Both the position numbers and the translations under genes were made by a program. A stretch of 64,000 bases of DNA, taken from positions 28,706,001 through 28,770,000 of the forward strand of contig NW_027266273.1 of assembly GCF_022045235.1 (NCBI RefSeq), given 5' to 3'. Positions 1-12,703 of this stretch are shown one piece after another; the stretch's first letter is position 1; every line of letters starts with the position of its first letter. The notes beneath the pieces are model-generated. The model saw nothing but the letters and a program-made list of their open reading frames with translations. It was not told where the DNA came from and did no database searches. The DNA comes from Haliotis cracherodii (taxonomy: Eukaryota).

Positions 1-86
1 ACACATGAACAGAAATGCCAGCAAAATGGACGCCAAAGTATCTGCACACACGAATCATTGTCGGCTTAGAACTTTGACATCGCGCC

Positions 87-201
87 GACATGCATCAACC
101 AAGTCAGCGATTCCGTTGGTCGCCTCTTACAACAAACATAGTCGCCTTTTACGGCAAGTATGGGTTGCTGAAGACCTATTCTACTCCGGATGTTCACGGG
201 T
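87..201 (-). mobile_element. SINE fragment (Nin-domain-like mollusc SINE)
   Basis: Near-identical to part of the copy at 9347-9599 (catagtcgccttttacggcaag.atgggttgctgaagacctattcta). Family name is from recall. Confidence 0.7.
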
Positions 202-887
202 TGAACATATAGGAATCGCAACTCCTTGTAAACGGACACTGAGTGGAGGAAGTTGATACCATAGTTTGTAATATTCACCGACATATGAGGGCGACCTCTA
301 AATACTAGTCTTGAGAACGTGACAGTGAACAGTGCACATTGACACCAATTAGCCAAAACGCCACAGAGCCAGACCATCCGATATCTTGTTTCCTTCGTGA
401 GTCACTTACAGGCATGAAGCGGGTAGACGCCCTACATATCTACCCCTACCCGTAGCACCGAGTCCTGCAATACGCTATTGACACCGCGATGGAATACGTT
501 TCTAAAATCTATGTTGAACATATTGCTGATGGATATAGGGGAGACCGAGGCACACTGGGAGAATATCTATATTTCTATTGAAAGTAAGAACTTGACCAAG
601 TGCATGTTCACATGAATCTTTAAAACCAAACTTATGCTTAGTGGACAAATGCGAATTCTAATACAATAACATGAGAAATTGAAGAACTAAATTTTTCAAT
701 AATATGTCCCAACCTGCCCCAGCTTTGGGTTCACTCAGACACGTGGTGGGCTGATTGAGACACCTCACGCGCTCCATTGATTTGTCACGAGAAAATACAA
801 CAGTAAGACAAGTCATGTGAAATCCAAACATGTAATAAAAACTGACATATTGCACCAACTGGTAACACTAGTATTATTCTAAAACAT

Positions 888-1480
888 AACAAGAAAACAG
901 CGTTATCATTATCCCCCGCCATGGGGCATATTAGCGGTTTGTTTGTTCATATAGTAGTGAATATACACGGAGAAAGGGGACGTTACTCCAGAACAAACAC
1001 ATTATGGCATCAGTCTTGACAAGTTCATTGGAACGTTTTGAGAATGGCCTGATTGCAAGCGCTAATAAAATAGTAAACCTACTGGGAGGCTCATCTCCAC
1101 TAGGTAATTATGGTAACGGTTTTAGACAACCCTGCGTATATCTTTTTTTGTAGAAAATCTAAAATAGCATAACAATTTCAGCAGTATGTTAATATGAGTA
1201 ATTATGTGTAAGTGAGTGAGTTATGGATAATACACGGGAAAAAGTATGGATAGATCCTGAAATGAACACTATATCGCCCGCCCCGGTAATAATAGTAACC
1301 TGTAACTTGTTGCCAAGAAAACAGCGAAAGGCACCAGTTAATTATGTCTTGATACATGATATTTAACTGTTTCCAAGTTATGCTCCGGAAAAAAATATGA
1401 CGGACGCGCGGGTAAAAGGGCGGACGGACGGACAGCGTCCAGTCCTATATCTCTTGTGCACTTTGTGGCGGGGGATAATA
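888..1480. mobile_element. Non-autonomous Helentron-like element (HINE/DINE-1-like)
   Basis: Starts aacaag. Perfect 14-bp subterminal inverted repeat attatcccccgcca (908-921) / tggcgggggataat (1466-1479). (GGAC)n microsatellite at ~1398-1433 near the end. This is the layout of mollusc HINEs. Confidence 0.6.
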
Positions 1481-1639
1481 ACCTTTTTCAACTGGTCACT
1501 TAAATGGCAACATACCTCTTCATCATTTCTGCTACCTACTCTTCTGACATCAAAGAAATACTAATAAACAATTCTGAGCTCTTTAGGTAGGTTCTCTTTC
1601 CACATTGTAAATGAATCTAAAAGACAGACTCTCAGAACG

Positions 1640-2700
1640 TTTAAAACCGACAAGAAAAAAGATAGTTATGGTCTCTAACCTAGATCCGTTAATGGAAGTA
1701 CCGTTGTGGAATGATAAGCATATGACTTTTGACGAACAGGTTGTTTGTCATATTAGTGTCTGAAAAGTCTATGAAAGGATGCGTGGAGAACGCTGTCCTT
1801 CAGTTTGCGACGAAGTCTTTCCAGGACTATCAAAGTCTTCAGTGGAAGGTATCTGCATAGGACAAAGATGACTTCGACTGGCAGGTACAAAATCTGTTTC
1901 ATGGATTGTGATACAATATATTTGTTTCAGATTAGCATAAGTTTTCTTAACAACAGTAACGTTTATCTGCATGAACAATCTCTTTGTTCATTTTTTCGTT
2001 ACGTATGGGGTACATGTTAAACGTCGTCTCGAAGAATGAATCTCGAAGAAACTATTACATATAATCACCTGTCATCGTAAAGAGTTATGTCACTGTTGAA
2101 GACACGTGCGCATTGTTTTTCAGATGCATGTAAAGGTTCATAGTTGGTTTAAAGCATGGCTTCATTGACAACACAGTTTGCTCTGACTTACTCCACGTTA
2201 ATAGAATTTGTTATATACCCTCTACAACTCCGGGGCCGGTCAGGAAGATGATGTTATTGGTCACTTTGTTTATCCAATGGAACGAGTTAATGTCTCGGTT
2301 GCGGAACGCTGGGACCAGTCTGGTATAAAAAAGGTTTCTCTGTACACAGATCCCCCTACATTCTCAATACCTACACTTAGTACATCGAAAAACTAATGCG
2401 GAAACCCTATGGTGCCAAACAACTCTTGAAAATTCCTCTAATAGTGGCCAGACACTAGGGCTAGACACGTGATAATGTTCGTTTAGATGGAGCGGACTCG
2501 CGAGATACACTGTAGGGTTTTGTACTCAGCTACAGGAGCATAGTCTGGCTGTCTGTCGCATTCAGAGTGGTACAGTGCGCAATAGACTTGGATGAGTCGA
2601 GTCTACCACACATTAATATTCATTCTTGTTGAGGAAGATATGTTAGGTTTTCTCAATATTGGATTCATTCCTCAGGACCACATTATTAAGTAGGCTTTTT
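1640..2700 (+). pseudogene. Highly decayed DIRS/Ngaro-like RNase H + tyrosine recombinase remnant
   Basis: Broken translations WNDKHMTFDEQVVCHI (RNase H-like), LSTSK(N/T) (SKTD-like) and AFRVVQCAIDLDESSLPHINIHSC*GR (HSFRIGAAT...GRW-like) occur in the expected order, with many stops and frameshifts. Confidence 0.3.
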
Positions 2701-3529
2701 GAGATTTGCACTTTGCACTAAGATAGACACGGGTTAAGGAGGGAATCTAGAGTTCCATGTATTTTGACTCGTTAGTGAATGAGTACAATTGTACGCCGCT
2801 TTTCGCGAGCCTAATCTGATACGAATTGCTATATGTAAATGGCACGCTAAACATCAATCGCTCGCTCGCTGAATGTACAGGAAGTTTTGAATAATCTACC
2901 TAAGAGTGTGTCAACTTTATACTAATCCTTTATGCAGTGCTTTGTTGTTGCTTCTGATTTTTTTATAAAACACCAAATAATAAACCCATGTTTTCCTTCA
3001 CTATAAAGGACTCAGTATTTACATTTCTAGTTTGTGAAATGCGAAATGTCACGTTTGCATGTTCGTGTTTGATGATTGAGTTTTGTGTCTATATGGTGGA
3101 GGAGAGGCCTTAATGGTTGGGAAACTTAGTTCGGCAGCTTGATAACAGGGTTTTTGATTACAAACGCTTTCTTCTACCTGTTTGCTTAATTCTGTGCGCT
3201 GAAAGTATTGATTCATTCCTCGTGGTGACAAACACAAAGAGTTCTATACACAAAACACGGGAACATTATGTTGGACTTTCAAAGATGTATTGACAATATC
3301 TGAGACTAGCACTGGGCGGGCGCTGTGTTTAATGACAGGGGTTTCAGTGCATCAGCCTCAACATGCTGGAGTTGGACAAATAAATACACTATAAATAAAT
3401 AATAATATGCTGCACCCTTTTAGTGTTACGCCGATCGTTCATCTCAACATATCCTGCTTTGTATGAACCAGTGCCTGAAAGTTGCCTACCGCCCGAGTCT
3501 TCTATGCTCCAGCTCTATCTCGCCGAAGT

Positions 3530-3617
3530 GCTTTCCTCCCACATTAAGCTGACACGCCGTGATAAAACTGGAATACTGTTAAAAGCGGCGTTAAACCCCA
3601 CTCACTTACTCACTCAC
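3530..3617 (+). mobile_element. 3' fragment of tRNA-Leu-like SINE
   Basis: Matches the 3' ~90 bp of 11962-12228 and ends in (ACTC)n. Confidence 0.8.
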
Positions 3618-4150
3618 CGTCCTGAACCAGACAAACCAGTGATTGAAAGCGTGAACAAAGATCCAGGCCTTCGGGGTACGGTGACACGTCACCCGAGCCA
3701 TTAACTACCCAATGTACACGAGCGACACATACGAGACACATGGGTTACATGGAACCAGTTTCAACTGGAACCAGAAAAGGTATTTTTAACATCAGGGAAT
3801 ATCGAACATTGATGATGTTTCACCGGGTATGTAGCATGGCCAACCTGAGCCGCCTAATCGGGGCATGGTGAAGACCGCTTGAAATCTTACGAACATGATA
3901 AGGTGTTTTCTATGTTCATGAACTAGCTTTGTTTTTCCGGCAACGATTGCACTTGTACGCTGTCTTGTAGTAGTAGTAGTACGCAGGCCCTTGTATAGCA
4001 CCTCAAGCAGCAATTGCACAAGAAGGAATGACAAGTTTATAACAAGCTGATGGTGATGACTGCCAACGACCTTTCCGGAGTGTCCAGGAGCCTACATAAG
4101 AATCCAGGGGCCTGCAGGGGCCTTCACAAGAGCGTTCAGAAGCGTACCTG

Positions 4151-4908
4151 AGTACTGATTCCTGAGGAGCTTCCTGGTGTGTATATGAGAATCCAAGAGT
4201 GTATATGAGACTCCAGAAAGTACTGAGAATCCAGGAGCTCCTGGGGTGTATATGAGAATCCAAGAGTGTACATGAGACTCCAGAAAATACCGAGAATCCA
4301 GGAGCTCCTGGGGTGTATATGAGAATGCATGAGAGTACATGAGACTCCAGAAAGTACTGAGAATCCAGGAGCTCCTGGGGTGTATATGAGAATGCATGAG
4401 AGTCCATGAGACTCCAGAAAGTACTGAGAATCCAGGAGCTCCTGGGGTGTATATGAGAATGCATGAGAGTACATGAGACTCCAGAAAGTACTGAGAATCC
4501 AGGAGCTCCTGGGGTGTATATGAGAATGCATGAGAGTACATGAGACTCCAGAAAGTACTGAGAATCCAGGAGCTCCTGGGGTGTATATGAGAATCCAAGA
4601 GTGTACATGAGACTCCAGAAAGTACTGAGAATCCAGGAGCTCCTGGGGTGTATATGAGAATGCATGAGAGTCCATGAGACTCCAGAAAGTACTGAGAATC
4701 CAGGAGCTCCTGGGGTGTATATGAGAATGCATGAGAGTACATGAGACTCCAGAAAGTACTGAGAATCCAGGAGCTCTTGGGGTGTATATGAGAATGCATG
4801 AGAGTACATGAGACTCCAGAAAGTACTGAGAATCCAGGAGCTCCTGGGGTGTATATGAGAATGCATGAGAGTACATGAGACTCCAGAAAGTACCGAGAAT
4901 CCAGGAGC
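4151..4908. repeat. Minisatellite, 67-bp unit, ~11 copies
   Basis: Unit gagactccagaaagtactgagaatccaggagctcctggggtgtatatgagaatgcatgagagtacat, containing the 14-bp palindrome ccaggagctcctgg. Confidence 0.97.
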
Positions 4909-5312
4909 GTCTATGTGGTAATAAGACTACAGGAGCGTCTATGGGGTAATAAGACTCCAGGAGCGTCCATGGTGTAATAAGATTGGTTGGTTTGTTGTTT
5001 AACGCCGCACTCAGCAATATTCCAGCTATATGACGGCGGTCTAAATCCAGGAGCGTCTGTGGGGTTATAAGACCCCAGGAGCGTCTATGGGGTAATAAGA
5101 CTCCAGGAGCGTCTATGGGATAATAAGACTCCAGGAGCATCTATGGGGTAATAAGACTCCAGGGGCGTCTATGGGGTAATAAGACTCCAGGAGCGTCTAG
5201 GGGGTAATAAGACTCCAGGAGTGTCTGTGGGGTAATAAGACTCCAGGAGCGTCTAGGGGGTAATAAGACTCCAGGAGCGTCTGTGGGGTAATAAGAATCC
5301 AGGAGCGTCCGG
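4898..5312. repeat. Minisatellite, 28-bp unit, interrupted by a SINE fragment
   Basis: Unit ccaggagcgtctatggggtaataagact. Confidence 0.95.
4983..5046 (-). mobile_element. SINE 3' tail inserted in the 28-bp array
   Basis: ttggttggtttgttgtttaacgccgcactcagcaatattccagctatatgacggcggtct matches 9347-9405. Confidence 0.85.
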
Positions 5313-6816
5313 GAGTACATGCAATCCCAGAACTTCCAAGAACCCGTAATAACTATTTGTCACGTCTGACATTGAGTCAAGTGACAAGTACCAAGCTTTG
5401 AGCAGAGATTTCTTATGGTTATGGATATGTTTTGTCACGTTTATTTACTCCTGCTTAGGTTGTCAAGTGAAGCCGTGAAGATCTGGATCACAGAGGTATA
5501 GACTCCTTTGTGTACAGACCACCGTCATACATCTCGATTATTGCTGATTGCGGCGTTAAACAGCAATCAAACAAATAAGCAAAGACGTGAAGTCACGAGA
5601 CATTACAAACATTATTTCCGGGTCAGGGACATGTTCTCGGTGAAACAAAATCTTCATTTTTATCTTCATGAAAACCAAATCTTCATCTTAGCCATACGTT
5701 CATACTTCACTGAATTTCTTGGCAATATTAACTGATATGGCCGTTACAACCATCATCAAATGCCCTAGGTAGCGTTCTACCAAGATATATGATAAGACTG
5801 TTCATGTCACGCTAGCTCCTAAGTCGTGTTGAACAACATCGATCGTTCTCTTTGAGACGAACTGACGTGTCACGTATTGTTACGTATTTAGACTGCAACC
5901 ACACAGATCCGCTTCAATACGTCCACGTTAGTCAAAGACGACGCATTATTTTTTCTAAACCAACCTTTGAATATTTAATAAACAGAATTATGCGTAACTG
6001 TTCACAGGAAGACAATTTCCAGTTTCTAATTAGTATAGTAAAACTCTGTTAGTCGAGGAGCCCTGCCCACAGGGTGTCTGCACAACACAGAGGCACATTG
6101 TCACCCACAGATAGCTATAATCCATTAATCAGGGAATGTCGTAAACCGTGCGTTTCCAATGGATATGCATCCGCACCAAGCACTCGATAAGTTATCCCTG
6201 TCAAATATTACATGATCTGACGCCCCATGAAGGAGACATGCAATTAGGAAGGTATTTGATAAATTATTTCTTTCATTATTACTAAAGATATTCCGTGTCT
6301 GTGTGACGACGTACGGTCCATTGGGCTCCTTTGGTTTTCATCGCGGGGATCAGGTGACACAGACTAATCAGCCTTGTTGGCCAGCACAGAGTCCGTCGTA
6401 ATCTTTCACACAACTCAATATCGTCGAGGCATCTGTCACACGATCAATGTAGAAATATATAATTCCTGAGGCTTTGTCCTGACTCCCTCCGTTATCCATC
6501 TACCCACGACGACAACTCCTGAATCCACCTACAGTAATAGGATACTCGAGGTGAATCTTCTCCAGCAATACGAGCTTCAGAGATGTAGACAAAAGCAATG
6601 CATATGTAGACAGAGTGAGAGCTATTGACCACTTCTTAAAACCAAGTGGTATCGGTTTGTAGATAAAGCAATATCTGGTTTCCAGTTTAACATCATGTAT
6701 TGCTAACTAACATTTACGCAGAAATGATAGGATTAAACATTAATGTGATAAAATATGTGGTTGAAAATTGTGCAGGGTCGGATGGTATTCTGTTGTTATC
6801 TGGTATTCCAGGGCGG

Positions 6817-8236
6817 GGCACAGAAGTACCAAGTATCAGTAGGTGACAGTGAGCGTCTGGTACAGATGTACCCAGTATCAGTAGGTGACAGTGAGCATCT
6901 GGTACAGAAGTACCCAGTATCAGTAGATGACAGTGAGCGTCTGGTACCGATGTACCCAGTATCAGTAGGTGACAGTGAGCGTCTGGTACAGATGTACCCA
7001 GTATCAGTAGGTGACAGTGAGCGTCTGGTACAGATGTACCCAGTATCAGTAGGTGACAGTGAGCGTCTGGTACAGAAGGACCCAGTATCAGTAGGTAAAA
7101 GTGAGCGTCTGGTACAGAAGTACTCTTTATCAGTAGGTGACAGTGAGCGTCTGGTACAGATGTACCCAGTATCAGTAGGTGACAGTGAGCGTCTGGTACA
7201 GAAGTACCCAGTATCAGTAGATGACAGTGAGCGTCTGGCACAGAAGTACCCAGTATCAGTAGGTGACAGTGAACGTCTGGCACAGACGTGCCCAGTATCA
7301 GTAGGTGACAGTGAGCGTCTGGCACAGATGTACCAAGTATCAGTAGGTGACAGTGAGCGTCTGGTACAGATGTACCCAATATCAGTAGGTGACAGTGAGC
7401 GTCTGATACAGAAGTACCCAGTATCAGTAGGTGACAGTGAGCGTCTGGCACAGAAGTATTCAGTATCAGTAGGTGACAGTGAGCGTCTGGCACAGAAGTA
7501 TTCAGTATCAGTAGGTGACAGTGAGCGTCTGGTACAGAAGTACCCAGTAGCAGTAGGTGACAGTGAGCGTCTGGCACAGAAGTACCCAGTATCAGTAGGT
7601 GACAGTGAGCGTCTGGTACAGATGTACCCAGTATCAGTAGGTGACAGTGAACGTCTGGCACAGACGTGCCCAGTATAAGTAGGTGACAGTGAGCGTCTGG
7701 CACAGATGTACCCAGTATCAGTAGGTGACAGTGAGTGTCTGGCACAGAAGTATTCAGTATCAGTAGGTGACAGTGAGCGTCTGGCACAGAAGTATTCAGT
7801 ATCAGTAGGTGACAGTGAGCGTCTGGCACAGATGTACCCAGTATCAGTAGGTGACAGTGAGCGTCTGGTACAGATGTACCCAGTATTAGTAGGTGACATT
7901 GAACGTCTGGCACAAAAGTACCCTTTATCAGTAGGTGACAGTGAGCGTCTGGTACAGATGTACCCAGTATCAGTAGGTGACAGTGAGCGTCTGGCACAGA
8001 TGTACCAAGTATCAGCAGGTGACAGTGAGCGTCTGGTACAGATGTACCCAGTATCAGTAGGTGACAGTGAACGTCTGGCACAAAAGTACCCTTTATCAGT
8101 AGATGACAGTGAACGTCTGGTACAGAAGTACCCAGTATCAGTAGGTGACAGTGAACGTCTGGCACAGAAGTACCCAGTATCAGTAGGTGACAGTGAGCGT
8201 CTGGTACAGAAGGACCCAGTATCAGTAGGTGACAGT
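6817..8236. repeat. Minisatellite, 42-bp unit, ~34 copies
   Basis: Unit cagtatcagtaggtgacagtgagcgtctggtacagaagtacc. Explains the 533/483/307-aa repetitive ORFs. Confidence 0.98.
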
Positions 8237-9126
8237 ATCTGTTCCATATAAACAATTCATTGTTTAGGGAGGCGATAGAGCAGATGACGCATTGCCTGCT
8301 CATGTGCTCACACAATCGACCACTGTTTTTTTTCAGGTCCCTATCTGAAGTTCGACAGCTTCTTCAACTCACGACCTTGAACCTTAAAACACACTATGTA
8401 ACTAATAAACCTGGTAAAACATTGTACACAAATATACAACAATATGTCTTTTACATACGCACATGTGGCAATCTTATACCTACATGTTACCTACATGACC
8501 TGGAACTCATGACCTGTAAACGGAGGCCTTGCCTGGTCTGAGTCAGATTTAAAACTATGATTTAATCAATGTGCTCAAACGCCACGCATTGATCATTAAA
8601 AGGGTCTTTAATAACCGCCCGGTTATAAAACTAATGTATCGTACTTAAACGGGTTACGTAATGTCTAAAATGATATAAAGCTTTCTCAACCAGACCACTT
8701 TAGGGCACATTAAATGTTTTAAGAGCCACTGTGTGGTTCAATTTACAAAACGAAGAATGTCTATTCTGCTGTGTTGTGTCATATGTACTTTTATAAACGG
8801 CTGTTACATTTACAATGGCCGCTGTCGCATCGAGATGCAGCCTGGTGATGTGCTGTGTTGAGGTTCCATCAAAGATGGATACTATACCACTCTGTGCCTT
8901 GAATAAGGGCCAGGATCTATAGACAGGTTGTTGCTGATGCTGCTATTGGTCGTGAATGTATTCCGTTTACTTGAGGTTACTGTTTGCAGGTTGTATGCAA
9001 GAATCGCCTTTATTTAATGCTTGGTTTATCATGGGTTTCATGGTAAACGTCAAGTCCTGAATCACGCTTGTCCCACACGGATGCCCAGCCATAAAGTGAA
9101 AGGCACCCCTAAACGGCGTCCTAACC

Positions 9127-9178
9127 CACTCACTCACTCACTCACTCACTCACTCACTCACTCACTCACTCACTCACT
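9127..9178. repeat. (CACT)n microsatellite, SINE-tail derived
   Basis: Pure CACT run preceded by aaacggcgtcctaac, resembling the SINE terminus. Confidence 0.9.
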
Positions 9179-9346
9179 GTAGGGACACACGTTACAGTAT
9201 CATGCTCCAGAGTTTAGCATGGTAAGTTGTCCTAATGACATTATGAGGTACTCGTCATCATTGTCTCCCCAAACAACTGTTGCTGTGGCATCCCATTATC
9301 ACATGAGTCACATGACAATCAGACGTCTGATGATCCACATTGCAGT

Positions 9347-9599
9347 GTTGGTTGGTTGTTTAACGCCACACTCGGCAATATTCAAGCTTTATGACGGCGG
9401 TCTGTAAATAATCAGGTCTGGACCAGACAACCCAGTGATTGACATCATGAGCATCGATCCACGCAATTGGGATACGATGACATGCATCAACCAAGACAGC
9501 GATACTGACCACCCGATCCCATTACTGATCTCTCATGACAAGCATAGTCGCCTTTTACGGCAAGCATGGGTTGCTGAAGACCTATTCTATCCCGGATCT
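9347..9599 (-). mobile_element. SINE (Nin-domain-like mollusc SINE), body plus 3' tail
   Basis: Multi-copy in the window (87-201, 4983-5046). Carries the shared tail ...aatattgc.gagtg.ggcgttaaacaaccaaccaac on the minus strand. Confidence 0.75.
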
Positions 9600-9629
9600 A
9601 CCACCAACGTGCATACTTTGGTCATTAAC

Positions 9630-10917
9630 AGAGAGGGCCTAGGCTGACATCACTCTGGAGGGAGCCTTGGCTGACATCACACTAGAAAGGACCTTGGCTG
9701 ACATCACTCTGGAGAGGGCCTTGGCTGACATCACACTAGAAAGGGCCTTGGCTGACATCACTCTGGAGAGGGCCTTGGCTGACATTCCCTAGAGAGGGCC
9801 TTGGCTGACATCACTCTGGAGAGGTCCTTGGCTGACATTACACTAGAGAGGGCCTTGGCTGACATTACACTAGAGAGGGCCTTGGCTGGCATTACACTAG
9901 AGGGGGCCTTGGCTGGCATCACACTAGAGAGGGCCTTGGCTGACATTACACTAGAGAGGGCCATGGCTGACATTACTAGAGAGGGCCATGGCTAACATTA
10001 CTAGAGAGGGCCTAGAGATGACCTTGACTGATATCACTCTAGATAGGGCCTTGACTGACATAACACAAGAGAGGGCCTTCACTGATATCACTCTAAAGAG
10101 GGAATTGGCTTACATCACTAGGCAGGGCCTATAGATGGCTTTTACTGACATCACTCTTGAGAGGGCCTTGACTGACATCAGTCAAGAGAGGGAATCGGCT
10201 GACATCACTAGACAGGGCCTATAGATAGCTTTGACTGACATCACTCTAGAGAGTGCCTTGACTGACATCACACTAGAGAGGGCCTAAGCTTACATCACTC
10301 TAGAGAGGGCCTTGACTGACATCACCCTGGAGAGGGCCTTGACCGACAACACTCTACAGAGGGCCTTTACTGACATCAGTCTAGAGAGGGCCTTGACTGA
10401 CAACCCTTTTAGAGAGGGCCTTGAATGACATCACACTAGAGAGGGCCTATGATTACATCACTCTAGAGAGGGCCTTGACTGACATCCCTTTTAGAGAGGG
10501 CCTTGACTGACATCACACTAGAGAGGGCCTAAGCTTACATCACTCTAGTGAGGGCCTTGACTGACACCCTCTGGAGGGGGCCTTGACCGACATCACTCTA
10601 CAGAGGGCCTTGACTGACATCACTTTAGAGAGGGAATTGGCTGACATCACTTTAGGGAGGGCCTTGACTGACATCACTCTACATAGGGCCTTGACTGACA
10701 TCACTTTGGAGAGGGAATTGGCTGACATCACTCTAGAGAGGGCCTTGACTGACAACGCGCTAGGGAGGGCCTTGACTGACATCACTCTAGATAAGGCCTA
10801 GACTTACATCACTCTAGAGAGGGCCTGGCCGACATCTCTCTAGATAGGGCCTAGGCTTACATCACTCGAGAGAGGGCCTTGGCTGACATCACTCTAGAGT
10901 GGGAATTGGCTGACATC
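9630..10917. repeat. Minisatellite, 27-bp unit, ~45 diverged copies
   Basis: Unit ccttggctgacatcactctagagaggg (translates as ADITLERAL). Confidence 0.96.
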
Positions 10918-11961
10918 GATATCTGAATTCGGAGTGATAGAAGCTATTTGATCATGTTTCATAGACACGTGCTTATGGTACAGACGAACAATGGAATCTG
11001 CAGGTAGCAGAGATTGCTAAGGCTTATGGAAAAGGTTTTGTCGTTTATCTTTCAGAAATTGAATAAAAACCTGTTAAATCAGTTCTGTGTTTTGTTGTTA
11101 TTTTATGCTGACAAATTCATTTCTTTATATTTGATTTCTACATTGAAATGATTTTATGAAACATGATAACTTTCCACGCGCCTGTGTATCTGTCAGACTG
11201 ATACAGATCGGTAAACGTGTATGTTCCCTTAAAAAACACGGGCAAACCTTAAAAAATGAAACACGCCGGTTGTAATATCGGAATCCCAAATGTCGACTTC
11301 AGCTCCAGAACCCGTTCCAGACATCAATACTCATTGTTAATATCGTCACGATGTGGCTGTAATATTGCCGAAGTGACGTTAAACTTTAACTCGCTCATTG
11401 TTAAAGCGTTATGGGTTTTAGTGATCCATTCATATAATTGTCACAGCTATTACATCTTTCACACCCAATGGAATCTGTTTCGTTGGAAAATCAAGATAAG
11501 TTATTCTCTAGCATTGACGTTTTGTATTTCCACAACAATGGTTGTTTACAGCATGAACCTTGGTTGATGACAACATCTGGTGTGATACTGAATACTAAAT
11601 AATACTTGCATACCTGTAGTGTCTAGGTTACTTTGACATGGATATTTCAGCAAGAAGTAAGCTAATGTGCTTTAAATAATATATTCTTCAGGAAACAATA
11701 GGTAACATTAGTTACCTGAACAGACTAAATATTTTTATATCCCTTTAACATACGTATTACACAAGCATGTTTATGTTTACCGTTATACTTGCCTTGCGAA
11801 TTGTTTTTGTGTAGCGCATGTTGCAGTCGCAAAATAGATAAATGTTGTGGACAGTACTGTGTGGAACTTAATATAATATGGAAATAGCGAACGTGTTCAT
11901 AAGGCGAGACATTTCGAAATAAAATCAATAAGAGATGGTGACGATCTTCTTCAGTTGACTA

Positions 11962-12228
11962 GGTGCACGGATGGCCCAGTCGTCTAAGGCGCCGCGATTC
12001 GCTGTGCAGCGTTGCGTCCCTCTGGCACGCCAGAAACGTATGAGTGTTTCCGATTATGTTTCTAGGTTTGTCAGCACCATACGCGTGCTCGTAGGTTTCA
12101 CCGCAGTGGTAAACGTCTGAGACCTGCATTACTTCGGGCTTTCCTCCCACATTAAGCTGACACGCCGTGATATAACTGTAATACTGTTAAAAGCGGCGAA
12201 ACACCCAACTCACTCACGCACTCACTCA
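11962..12228 (+). mobile_element. tRNA-Leu-like SINE with TSD (B box deleted)
   Basis: Head ggatggcccagtcgtctaaggcgc (A box) and (ACTC)n tail. Flanks cttcagttgacta / ctttagttgacta. Homologues at 15767 and 21190. Confidence 0.88.
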
Positions 12229-12297
12229 CTTTAGTTGACTACAAAATATAGTTTTTACACGTGAACATAGCTTTGGCTATTTCAGAAGTTATATATA

Positions 12298-12656
12298 TAC
12301 TCTGCAAAAAAAAGGAACTTGATATTTGATTTTAGATGTATATTTTATATATCATATACATGAGCAACAATTGGTAATCGATTATTCAAAATTGGCGCAC
12401 ATCATTATCATTGACCCAGGTTCGATATGGTACACATGAATTAGTAGATTTTCAAGGTGAAAGTCATCTGTTCTCAACATCTTGTCATCAAGGGATGTCA
12501 CGTGGAGGTCATGTTGGTGTGTTTCGGCGCAAGTCAATCTCAATCCATGTAGAAACGACAAATTCATTTTTGGTATCAACTTTGTATGGATATCGGCAAT
12601 ACTCTGTCAGATATTTACGATTTTACCACTGTTCACTTTCTTTTTAATGAAGAGTA
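12298..12656. mobile_element. Tc1-type non-autonomous element (MITE)
   Basis: Imperfect TIRs tactctgcaaaaaaaaggaac / gttcactttctttttaatgaagagta, flanked by TA; similar to the ends of 58081-59167. Confidence 0.5.
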
Positions 12657-12703
12657 TATTATTTTGTTATGTTTAAATGCTCATATCGAAAATCAATCAA
12701 CAA

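Noticed and set aside
4003-5140. Three overlapping long minus-strand ORFs
   Set aside because: The same 67-bp repeat read in rotating frames.
5900-6800. Minus-strand TDAS and DAY motifs suggesting a DIRS RNase H region
   Set aside because: Too short and degenerate to support by eye.
6714-8315. 533/483/307-aa repetitive ORFs
   Set aside because: Open in several frames on both strands because the 42-bp unit has few stops; no non-repetitive domain, signal peptide or codon-position bias.
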